A DNA stretch of 37,065 bases, the filler included, from an uncultured virus (IMG/VR IMGVR_UViG_2061766007_000328) (lineage: Duplodnaviria; Heunggongvirae; Uroviricota; Caudoviricetes; Crassvirales). It is 2 parts of one record of this genome, joined end to end, with 100 filler letters (N's around TTAATTAATTAA, not from the genome) between each part and the next. Parts side by side here need not be neighbours in the genome. Positions count along the whole stretch, not along the records: positions 1 to 24,346 come from IMGVR_UViG_2061766007_000328; 1 more part is not named here. One strand, 5' to 3'. A program made the translations under genes and the position numbers. The notes under the pieces are model-generated. The model was not told the DNA's origin, ran no database searches, and worked only from the letters and a program-made list of their open reading frames with translations. Positions 1-6,964 of this stretch are shown here, piece by piece. The first letter of the stretch is position 1, and each line of letters starts with the position of its first letter.

Positions 1-289
1 AAATGTAACTGGAGCCATAGGGATAATATCATACATCAATGTTCCTTCAATGGCAAAGTAATTGGTCTTTGGAGTAATCTTCTGCGGAACATATACCGTG
101 TTGGTCACCGTCTTGTTATATGNNNNNNNNNNAAGTAATCTTCTGCGGAACATATACCGTGTTGGTCACCGTCTTGTTATATGTCTCTATGTAGTCAAGG
201 TTAGGCTCCACGCCTGATATCTTGGCAAAGTAATCCTCTGTCCTGTACTCCTTGATGACACGCTCCATAAGGACGTAATGCACGCTGTC
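1..289 (-). CDS. Allelic fragments (1-122, 133-289) of the C-terminal part of the spanin-like gene at 300-705
   Basis: Near-identical to 300-447; 1-122 extends the protein YNKTVTNTVYVPQKITPKTNYFAIEGTLMYDIIPMAPVTF, running off the window. Confidence 0.8.
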
Positions 290-299
290 NNNNNNNNNN

Positions 300-705
300 G
301 AGTAATCTTCTGCTGGACATATACTGTGTTGGTCACTGTCTTGTTATATGTCTCTATGTAGTCAAGGTTAGGCTCCACGCCGGAGATCTTGGCAAAGTAA
401 TCCTCCGTCCTGTACTCCTTGATGACACGCTCCATAAGGACGTAATGCACGCTGTCACGGTATATTATCTGCGGCTCAGGAATCTCGGGGTCTGTATACA
501 CGGGAATGTACACTGGCCTGTCAACGTACTCCGTGTCCGCAACCGGGACCTCAACCTTGTTGGTATCTATCTGTACCGTTGTGGTAGTGTCCATGTGGTC
601 ACGATACCACTTATCCGTAATCTTCACACCACGGTTCTGTCCAAGGAAGAAAGAGCCGAGTATTGCAGCAATGACTGCCGCTATAAGTATCAGTTTCCAC
701 TTCAT
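300..705 (-). CDS. Lysis-module membrane-anchored protein, spanin-like (gap-truncated)
   Basis: N-terminal TM (MKWKLILIAAVIAAILGSFFLG), Pro/Val/Thr-rich extended region, ATGA overlap with the endolysin stop. Confidence 0.55.
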
Positions 706-1160
706 GCCGTGAACTCGTAGACTTTATCGTTTATGCCGTAGGATTGTAGGAAATCAATGTGAACCCACGATGTTCCTTTCTCAAGCCGTATCTGTGTCGG
801 GAACAGGCTTGCTTTCTCCTTTATCTTCTTCCTCGCCTGTTCCGCAGTCATACCCTCAACGGTGAAGTCCCAGGCATTACCGAAACCGTGTTGTGTGAGG
901 TATACGGTAGCCTTGCCTTTCACAAGGGCGCAGAGATTGCAACGGAGCCCTCTCTGCGTTATTCCCTTCTTGTAGTTGTTGAGGTACATAGGGCGGCACA
1001 GGATTGTCTCACGGAGAAGCAGGAGCCCGTACAGGGCATCTGTAGTGAAGAACTGCCAGGCACGCTCATTGAACCTCTTGTACACATCGGGGCATACAAG
1101 TTCAGTTATCTGGAAGTACTTCTTCAGAGACTTGATTATTGCGTCCTTTTCAGGTGTCAT
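702..1160 (-). CDS. Endolysin, peptidase M15-like Zn peptidase
   Basis: RGLR..., TQHGFGNAWDF (H-x6-D) and WVHID motifs; lies between holin and spanin-like gene. Confidence 0.85.
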   Translation of the reverse strand: MTPEKDAIIKSLKKYFQITELVCPDVYKRFNERAWQFFTTDALYGLLLLRETILCRPMYLNNYKKGITQRGLRCNLCALVKGKATVYLTQHGFGNAWDFTVEGMTAEQARKKIKEKASLFPTQIRLEKGTSWVHIDFLQSYGINDKVYEFTA

Positions 1161-1570
1161 GATTTCTTTACGAAACGACCTTTGGCATCACGGGGACGAG
1201 GGATAGGCTCTGTGAACTCGTTGGCATCTACTCCCTCGACGTCCAGATCGTGCTTCTTTCCGAAAGCGTGTATGATGGAATTGAGGATATTCCCCCAGCG
1301 GAGTTTGACGCCCTTTGACTCAAAGTAATTACCGATAATGCTTGCAACCTCGTTTATTACGACTGCACCGAGAACCACAGCCTCTATCCACTTGTACCCG
1401 AATGCCAGCGTGGCTGTGGCGGCGAAGCAAATCCATGCTACGTATTCCACGGCCTTGCCGAAAGTTCTCCTGAACGCCTTGCTGAATCTTACCCTGTCGC
1501 CTCGGTATTTAGCCGCCTTGATTCCGAATATGAGGTCCAGAACGATAAGAGGGATGGCGACAATCATGAA
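1157..1570 (-). CDS. Holin, phage holin 4-like (N-terminus lost in gap)
   Basis: LIVLDLIFGIKAAK...FSKAFRRTFGKAVEY...NEVASIIGNY pattern, several TM segments, basic C-tail; ATGA overlap with endolysin. Confidence 0.8.
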   Translation of the reverse strand, partial: FMIVAIPLIVLDLIFGIKAAKYRGDRVRFSKAFRRTFGKAVEYVAWICFAATATLAFGYKWIEAVVLGAVVINEVASIIGNYFESKGVKLRWGNILNSIIHAFGKKHDLDVEGVDANEFTEPIPRPRDAKGRFVKKS

Positions 1571-1580
1571 NNNNNNNNNN

Positions 1581-1706
1581 CGCGCGTACAGCGCCCATGA
1601 GGATTGCCTGATGCAATGCTTCCGGCATGGTACAGGTAGATACCGCTGTCTGTCCGTTAATGGACTTGCCTTCCGCCGAAAGGTCAACAAGGATAATCGG
1701 GTCTGG
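1581..1706 (-). CDS. Misplaced C-terminal fragment of a crAss-like ring/neck protein
   Basis: Frame not in the ORF track: PDPIILVDLSAEGKSINGQTAVSTCTMPEALHQAILMGAVRA, resembling the P.PIIL.DL...SI.G...C....H..IL..AV ending I recall from crAss ring proteins; gaps on both sides. Confidence 0.6.
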
Positions 1707-1749
1707 NNNNNNNNNNNNNNNNNNNNNNNNNNNNNNNNNNNNNNNNNNN

Positions 1750-1797
1750 AAGTATGTGAAGCAAGCCGTCTTGCCTAATCCACTTTGCCAGTTTCAT
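1750..1797 (-). CDS. N-terminal fragment of a small probable membrane protein (MKLAKWIRQDGLLHIL)
   Basis: ATG at 1797 after an A-rich tract, overlapping the upstream gene end; DxLLH motif; cut by gap. Confidence 0.5.
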
Positions 1798-1975
1798 TTT
1801 TGTTCTTCTTCTGCTTTTGATGCCAAACCAGAGGAGCGATGGTACTGAAAACGAAGCCCTCAATGATGGCGATAACACCGATACCGGTTACAATCCACTT
1901 GGTGACTTCACCAAACAACGTCTCCTCAATAACTCTTCCCCAGCCAAGGCCAAGCACAAGAAGCACTACGGCTAC
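1775..1975 (-). CDS. C-terminal fragment of a small membrane protein
   Basis: Two hydrophobic segments then basic tail ...HQKQKKNKNETGKVD*. The ORF-track fusion to the peptidase across Ns is unsupported. Confidence 0.6.
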   Translation of the reverse strand, partial: VAVVLLVLGLGWGRVIEETLFGEVTKWIVTGIGVIAIIEGFVFSTIAPLVWHQKQKKNKNETGKVD

Positions 1976-2137
1976 NNNNNNNNNNNNNNNNNNNNNNNNN
2001 NNNNNNNNNNNNNNNNNNNNNNNNNNNNNNNNNNNNNNNNNNNNNNNNNNNNNNNNNNNNNNNNNNNNNNNNNNNNNNNNNNNNNNNNNNNNNNNNNNNN
2101 NNNNNNNNNNNNNNNNNNNNNNNNNNNNNNNNNNNNN

Positions 2138-2458
2138 AGTCTCACTGCCCAACTCAATATCGAGTGAACTGGCGATAGCGGCAGCAAGATGATACGCTTC
2201 GTGCGCGAATGTGTTCTGAAACTCTGCGCCCGACGATGATGGCCCAACAACTACAAGCGCTTCCCTCAAATCCGAATTGGTAAACGTGAATCCGGTATTC
2301 ATGTCTCCGCTTTCCATATTCTCGTTGACCTCACGCATTATGTATATCGGAGCGTCAATGTCATACAAACGGGTAAGTACCAACTCGTCATCGTACCCCT
2401 CGTCTGCGAACAGGAAATCAACGTGCCACCTGCCTATGTATAACTCCCGCTCTATCAT
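2138..2458 (-). CDS. HEXXH Zn-metallopeptidase-like protein, allele B (gap-truncated)
   Basis: FAHEAYHLAA followed by a downstream Glu (ELGSET); ATGA overlap with the upstream gene. Confidence 0.7.
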
Positions 2459-2856
2459 AGCATATTGTCCCATATAACGGGAACACCTTTACCGTTGCAG
2501 TCAGCGATGAACCTCGAGAAAGCAATCCCGTCATAACCATCCCTATCGTCAAGCACGTCTTTTACATACTGGCAGAGTGCAGCATCACCGGCAATGGAAC
2601 TGCCTAGATAGTCTGATTTGCCCATGTGATATACGAATACAGAATCGTATCCTTTGTCGTTCTCCAGTTTGATACCGTGCTTCTTCAACATATCATCAAC
2701 GGCTTCCTTGTCAGCCATCACCAGTTGCTTGCCGTTTCTATCCACCATGTTCCGCACAGCCCACTCGCACATCTTCTTGGAGAAATGATGCCCGTAGTAA
2801 GACAGGTATCTCTCCATTCCTTCTGGTATTATATCGTAGTAATCCAAACGTTCCAT
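2455..2856 (-). CDS. Conserved phage hypothetical protein, 133 aa, allele B
   Basis: MERLDYYDIIPEGMERYLSYYGHHFSKKMCEWAV...; ATG at 2856 matches allele A. Confidence 0.85.
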   Translation of the reverse strand: MERLDYYDIIPEGMERYLSYYGHHFSKKMCEWAVRNMVDRNGKQLVMADKEAVDDMLKKHGIKLENDKGYDSVFVYHMGKSDYLGSSIAGDAALCQYVKDVLDDRDGYDGIAFSRFIADCNGKGVPVIWDNML

Positions 2857-2870
2857 ACAAATCAAATTAA

Positions 2871-2891
2871 GGGGGAGTTATTGGCTCCCCC
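2871..2891 (-). terminator. Intergenic GC hairpin, allele B
   Basis: GGGGGAG-CCAATAA-CTCCCCC followed by TTAATTTG on the minus strand. Confidence 0.55.
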
Positions 2892-2899
2892 AGGTTAAA

Positions 2900-3085
2900 C
2901 TAACGACGACGGTCATCATCATCCCAGTCATGCTCGTCACGGCGATAACCACGACGGCTGTACTTGTCCTCCATATCGTCAGACAGATCGCACAGCATCT
3001 CTATCGCCTCCTTGGCTTTCTTGAGGGCTTTCTTGTACTCGTAGAGTTCATCGCCTCCACGTTCCATAATCTTAACAAGTCTCAT
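2900..3085 (-). CDS. Small highly charged protein, allele B (61 aa)
   Basis: MRLVKIMERGG start shared with 4030-4233; R/D-rich tail; AGGAGG upstream. Confidence 0.8.
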   Translation of the reverse strand: MRLVKIMERGGDELYEYKKALKKAKEAIEMLCDLSDDMEDKYSRRGYRRDEHDWDDDDRRR

Positions 3086-3096
3086 AGCGCATCCTC

Positions 3097-3252
3097 CTAT
3101 CCGTTAGTTGGCGTAGTCTGTGTGACAGTAAGCTGAGGCCATACGACTGGTACAGTATTCGGTGCCTTCGCTGCAAGATTGTTGACCTGAGCCATAAGCG
3201 GAGCAAGCATTGCCTGGAACTGCGCTGTCTGCCTGTCATTGTCAAGCTGACC
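3097..3252 (-). CDS. C-terminal fragment of the Gly-rich coiled-coil protein, allele B
   Basis: Frame not in the ORF track: GQLDNDRQTAQFQAMLAPLMAQVNNLAAKAPNTVPVVWPQLTVTQTTPTNG*, aligning with NQISNDKQTEAF...PNTVPVVWPNL of 5096-6013. Confidence 0.85.
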   Translation of the reverse strand, partial: GQLDNDRQTAQFQAMLAPLMAQVNNLAAKAPNTVPVVWPQLTVTQTTPTNG

Positions 3253-3263
3253 ANNNNNNNNNN

Positions 3264-3584
3264 GGTCTCACTGTCCAACTCAATGCCAAGAGAACTGGCT
3301 ATCGCTGCGGCGAGATGATACGCTTCGTGCGCAAACGTGCTCTGGAACTCCGAACCAGACGATGACGGGCCAACAACCACAAGCGCTTCCTTCAAATCCG
3401 AATTGGTAAACGTGAAGCCGGTGTTCATATCACCGCTTTCCATATTCTCGTTGACCTCACGCATTATATATACCGGCGCGTCAATGTCATACAGACGGGT
3501 AAGGACCAACTCATCATCGTATCCATCGTCTGCAAACAGGAAATCAACGTGCCACCTGCCTATGTATAACTCCCGCTCTATCAT
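3264..3584 (-). CDS. HEXXH Zn-metallopeptidase-like protein, allele A (gap-truncated)
   Basis: FAHEAYHLAA motif; near-identical to 2138-2458. Confidence 0.7.
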
Positions 3585-3982
3585 AGCATATTATCCCAGA
3601 TAACGGGAACGCCTTTACCGTTGCAGTCAGCAATGAACCTTGAGAAAGCAATCCCGTCATAGCCATCCCTATCATCAAGCACATCCTTCACGTATTGGCA
3701 GAGTGCAGCATCACCGGCAACTGAGCTTCCGAGATAGTCTGACTTGCCCATGTGATATACGAACACCGCATCGTATCCCTTATCGTTCTCCAGCTTAATC
3801 CCGTGCTTCTTCAGCATATCATCAACGGCTTCCTTGTCAGCCATCACCAGTTGCTTGCCATTCCTGTCTACCATATTCCGTACAGCCCATTCGCACATCT
3901 TCTTGGAGAAATGATGTCCATAGTAAGACAGGTATCTCTCCATTCCTTCAGGTATTATATCGTAGTAATCCAAACGTTCCAT
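3581..3982 (-). CDS. Conserved phage hypothetical protein, 133 aa, allele A
   Basis: Two amino-acid differences from 2455-2856 plus many synonymous changes, supporting coding status. Confidence 0.85.
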   Translation of the reverse strand: MERLDYYDIIPEGMERYLSYYGHHFSKKMCEWAVRNMVDRNGKQLVMADKEAVDDMLKKHGIKLENDKGYDAVFVYHMGKSDYLGSSVAGDAALCQYVKDVLDDRDGYDGIAFSRFIADCNGKGVPVIWDNML

Positions 3983-3997
3983 ATTGTTAGAAATAAA

Positions 3998-4020
3998 GGG
4001 GAGCAGAGAAACCACTCCCC
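3998..4020 (-). terminator. Intergenic GC hairpin, allele A
   Basis: GGGGAGTGG-TTTCT-CTGCTCCCC then TTTATTTC on the minus strand. Confidence 0.6.
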
Positions 4021-4029
4021 TGATTAATA

Positions 4030-4233
4030 CTAATCATAATCCATGTCATCGTCTTCAACGCTTTTCCTATACTTGCGCATACGACGCATAGAACCACCCC
4101 TGGAACTATACTGCTCCTCCATGTCGTCAGACAATTCGCATATAATATCCACGCTTTCCTTGAGTTTCTTCAAGGCTTTCTTATACTCGTGGTAGTCTTC
4201 GCCACCACGTTCCATGATCTTAACAAGTCTCAT
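4030..4233 (-). CDS. Small highly charged protein, allele A (67 aa)
   Basis: ORF in operon; homologous to 2900-3085. Confidence 0.8.
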   Translation of the reverse strand: MRLVKIMERGGEDYHEYKKALKKLKESVDIICELSDDMEEQYSSRGGSMRRMRKYRKSVEDDDMDYD

Positions 4234-4238
4234 AATTT

Positions 4239-4718
4239 CTAATTCTCGTTTTTCTTGTTACCAAGAGCAGCAGCGAGCATACCCTTAAGTTCTTCTATCT
4301 CTCCCTTGAGCGACGCAATCTGTGATTCCTGCGCCCTTTCAGGTATGAGCGTATCAAGAAGATTAGTGTACTTCCCGTAGAGGTCCTTGTGCATATCATA
4401 ACTGTCTATGATACGCTTGCTATTCTCCTGCATCGTAGTGACCTCGTTAATAAGAAGCGATTTGTCTTCACTCAAGAACACGCCCTTGTCGGGGAAATTC
4501 GCAACGGATGCGCTGGCAGGTAATCCAACAAAAGGTATTGTCTCGTTACCGACAGACAATGTGACATCTGTCACCATCCCATTGAATATAGCCTGAGGTT
4601 GCGAAGGATTGTACTGCGGCAAATGGGTATTCACCGCAATGACTCTAGCCGACTCAACCCTCGGCTCATTCCGATAAAGTATATAGAGCGTTGCTCCCTG
4701 CTGTAACCCTTGAAACAT
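4239..4718 (-). CDS. Hypothetical protein, beta-rich N-terminus and coiled-coil C-terminus
   Basis: 159-aa ORF with AT-rich leader; heptads in IASLKGEIEELKGML. Confidence 0.8.
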   Translation of the reverse strand: MFQGLQQGATLYILYRNEPRVESARVIAVNTHLPQYNPSQPQAIFNGMVTDVTLSVGNETIPFVGLPASASVANFPDKGVFLSEDKSLLINEVTTMQENSKRIIDSYDMHKDLYGKYTNLLDTLIPERAQESQIASLKGEIEELKGMLAAALGNKKNEN

Positions 4719-4736
4719 ATTGTGTTATTTAACTGA

Positions 4737-5081
4737 TTAAGTTGTTGCCGGTGCAAGCGGCGATACTAACTGAAGGATTCCTGAATACCAGTCGAAGAAG
4801 ACAGTTATAACACCGACTCCCTGAAGGTCCGCAGCAGTCACATTCGTACCGCCGAAGAATGTAAGGTTCCTAGTGTTTCCGTTAAGTGTGAACCTGACGG
4901 GGAATGTACTAGTTGCATCTGCTGGAATAGCATCAGCAACGTTGACTGTCAGATATCCGATTGGCGGAATCCTGCGGAATCCCAACGCGAAGTCTATTGT
5001 TTCGGTTCCAACCGTAACCTGACTAGTGCGCAAGTACGGGACTCCGTTCACATTTGTAGTGACATTTACATAACCGAACAT
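4737..5081 (-). CDS. Hypothetical all-beta protein (114 aa)
   Basis: Thr/Val-rich alternating pattern; tightly spaced in operon. Confidence 0.8.
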   Translation of the reverse strand: MFGYVNVTTNVNGVPYLRTSQVTVGTETIDFALGFRRIPPIGYLTVNVADAIPADATSTFPVRFTLNGNTRNLTFFGGTNVTAADLQGVGVITVFFDWYSGILQLVSPLAPATT

Positions 5082-5095
5082 AGTACTATCGCTGA

Positions 5096-6013
5096 TTAGA
5101 AACTGAAACCGTTAGCTCCTGGTCCGTAGAAACCGTTAAAGCCACCCTGATAATAACCACCGCTCACATAAGGAGTAGCATTGACAGCCTGAAGGTTGGG
5201 CCATACCACAGGAACAGTATTAGGCTGACGTGCGGAAAGCTCGGTAATCTTCTGGTTCAGTGTGTTGAACGCAGCGGTAAACGCCTCAGTCTGCTTGTCA
5301 TTGCTAATCTGGTTACGAAGCTGGGTGATGATGTCAGACTGCGTATCAATCTTCGACTGCAGATCGCGCTCTTTTGCAGCACAGAATTGGTCGTTCATGG
5401 CTACTGTCTGGGCGTTGATAGCGCCGATAATAGCGTTGGTATTCCTGTCAGCCTGAGAACCTAACTGGTTGGTCTGATTGAGAGTTGCAATCTGGGATTC
5501 ATATCCCTGCTGTGTAGTGAGAAGCCTATTCTCGCAGCAGCAGTCGCAGAGTTTGCTCATAAGGCCACTGTCACCGCTCTGGATTGCATTGACTATCTGA
5601 GGTACACTCACCGCCTGCTGGAGAGCAAGCGAGGAGAGACCCGACTGGATAGCGGCAACTGCAGCGCTTACCTGTGAATAATCCTGACCAAGCATAGTAG
5701 CAAGGTTCTGGGTTGCAGCACGGGATGCCTCACCGTTGGAATTGATAGCGTTCATCAGAAGCTCACGACCAGCGTTGTTGTCAATCTGGTTAGAGAGAAA
5801 GCCAGCACCTCCGGCATTGCCTCCGCCGAAGCCACCGAACCCACCATAACCTCCCCAGCCGTTGCCGAAGAAGAGGCCAAGAAGGAATCCGAGGATACCT
5901 CCACCAAGTCCGCCACCGAAACCATTGCCCCAGCCACCATTGTTCATGGCAAGCCAAGCCGGAACGGAATTCTGCGAACTGTCAAAAACGTATGTACGTC
6001 CTGATTCGTCCAT
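5096..6013 (-). CDS. Gly-rich hydrophobic-segment / coiled-coil protein with Cys cluster (305 aa)
   Basis: GGGLGGGILGFLLGLFFGNGWGG, Q/N/A-rich helical region, LCDCCCENR, aromatic-Gly tail. Confidence 0.85.
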   Translation of the reverse strand: MDESGRTYVFDSSQNSVPAWLAMNNGGWGNGFGGGLGGGILGFLLGLFFGNGWGGYGGFGGFGGGNAGGAGFLSNQIDNNAGRELLMNAINSNGEASRAATQNLATMLGQDYSQVSAAVAAIQSGLSSLALQQAVSVPQIVNAIQSGDSGLMSKLCDCCCENRLLTTQQGYESQIATLNQTNQLGSQADRNTNAIIGAINAQTVAMNDQFCAAKERDLQSKIDTQSDIITQLRNQISNDKQTEAFTAAFNTLNQKITELSARQPNTVPVVWPNLQAVNATPYVSGGYYQGGFNGFYGPGANGFSF

Positions 6014-6048
6014 AATTTTGTAGATTTTATTTGTTTAACTTCAATTAA

Positions 6049-6062
6049 TAGCTGTACAGCTA
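6049..6062. promoter_or_regulatory. 14-bp perfect palindrome, candidate operator
   Basis: TAGCTGTACAGCTA, immediately downstream (minus strand) of the -7 box. Confidence 0.5.
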
Positions 6063-6065
6063 AAG

Positions 6066-6100
6066 CAAATCTACCATATACTATCCGGCGTATACAACAA
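6066..6100 (-). promoter_or_regulatory. Bacteroidota primary-sigma-type promoter
   Basis: TAGATTTG (TAnnTTTG consensus) at 6073-6066; only partial -33 match (TTG) around 6095-6100. Confidence 0.55.
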
Positions 6101-6113
6101 TGCTCATATACAG

Positions 6114-6147
6114 AAAAATCCCCCGTAGAACTTAATCTACGAGGGAT
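6114..6147 (-). terminator. Rho-independent terminator after the HTH gene
   Basis: ATCCCTCGTAGA-TTAAGT-TCTACGGGGGAT with one G-U pair, ending in a T run. Confidence 0.8.
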
Positions 6148-6166
6148 ACACTGAGCGGAATAATGC

Positions 6167-6466
6167 TTATTTGTTAAGTTGTGTCTTTGCTAGTTTCCGT
6201 ATCTCACGCTCAGACCAATATAGCTCTTTGAATCCTGGAGAAGACTTGCCTCTTGGAATCTTGCCTTCTCTTACGTATCTGTCAAATGTTGCTCTACTTA
6301 TACCAAGAAACGTGTATGCCTGATACTTGCTCCAACGGTTATCCTTACGGGTGTACTTCTGGAGAGTCTTGATGATTTTGACTTGTTCTTCTTCTGAAGC
6401 ATTGCTGTTACCGGCATCAATATCGTCAACTATACCAAGCAAGAGTTTCTTTATTATCTGCAGCAT
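6167..6466 (-). CDS. AlpA/excisionase-like HTH DNA-binding protein
   Basis: WSKYQAYTFLGISRATFDRYVREGKIPRG...LYWSE. Confidence 0.8.
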   Translation of the reverse strand: MLQIIKKLLLGIVDDIDAGNSNASEEEQVKIIKTLQKYTRKDNRWSKYQAYTFLGISRATFDRYVREGKIPRGKSSPGFKELYWSEREIRKLAKTQLNK

Positions 6467-6864
6467 TTCTCTTTACGATAAAAATATAAAACCAAGAATA
6501 AAAATAAACCAATCAATATAACGTGTAGTACAAACAGATTAAATGTATCTATTGGTATCCCGATGTAGTAATCAACGAATTCAAGTATGTTATTAACCAG
6601 AATGTAATGCAAGAACATCCTATGATACACACAGAACCTGAACACGAATGAGGCCAGATACAAGAATACAAGCGGTAGGAAAGATATGCCCCCAAGCATT
6701 GATATTATGGAGCAATCTATTCCAAGAAAGCCGAACATTGTATTAAGTATAGCAAGGAATGCTAAAAGCATCGGTATTACCTTTAGCATTCCAAGCATCA
6801 ACTTATACGTTCTTCTTTCTAGTAACTTTCCCACCAGTCGTATATCTTGACTTCTTAACTCCAA
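6454..6864 (-). CDS. Multi-pass membrane protein (about 4 TM; start uncertain)
   Basis: Hydrophobic segments with YLASFVFRFCVYHRMFLHY; overlaps the HTH start; true start may be an internal GTG or the ATG near 6799. Confidence 0.75.
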   Translation of the reverse strand: MELRSQDIRLVGKLLERRTYKLMLGMLKVIPMLLAFLAILNTMFGFLGIDCSIISMLGGISFLPLVFLYLASFVFRFCVYHRMFLHYILVNNILEFVDYYIGIPIDTFNLFVLHVILIGLFLFLVLYFYRKEKCCR

Positions 6865-6943
6865 GTGTAGGTGCAGATGGTTGTGGCCTACCCTTCAGGT
6901 TCTTTTTAATAAAATATTTTGCTTTGCTCTCTTTGTTGTTCAT
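6803..6943 (-). CDS. Small basic protein, 46 aa (not in ORF track)
   Basis: MNNKESKAKYFIKKNLKGRPQPSAPTLGVKKSRYTTGGKVTRKKNV*; ATG about 20 nt after the upstream stop. Confidence 0.65.
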   Translation of the reverse strand: MNNKESKAKYFIKKNLKGRPQPSAPTLGVKKSRYTTGGKVTRKKNV

Positions 6944-6964
6944 ATTCTGTTAAGGGTTAATCGG

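Noticed and set aside
1157..3584. ORF-track fusions 1157-1690, 1775-2473, 3072-3584
   Set aside because: They read through N gaps and join unrelated fragments or wrong frames.
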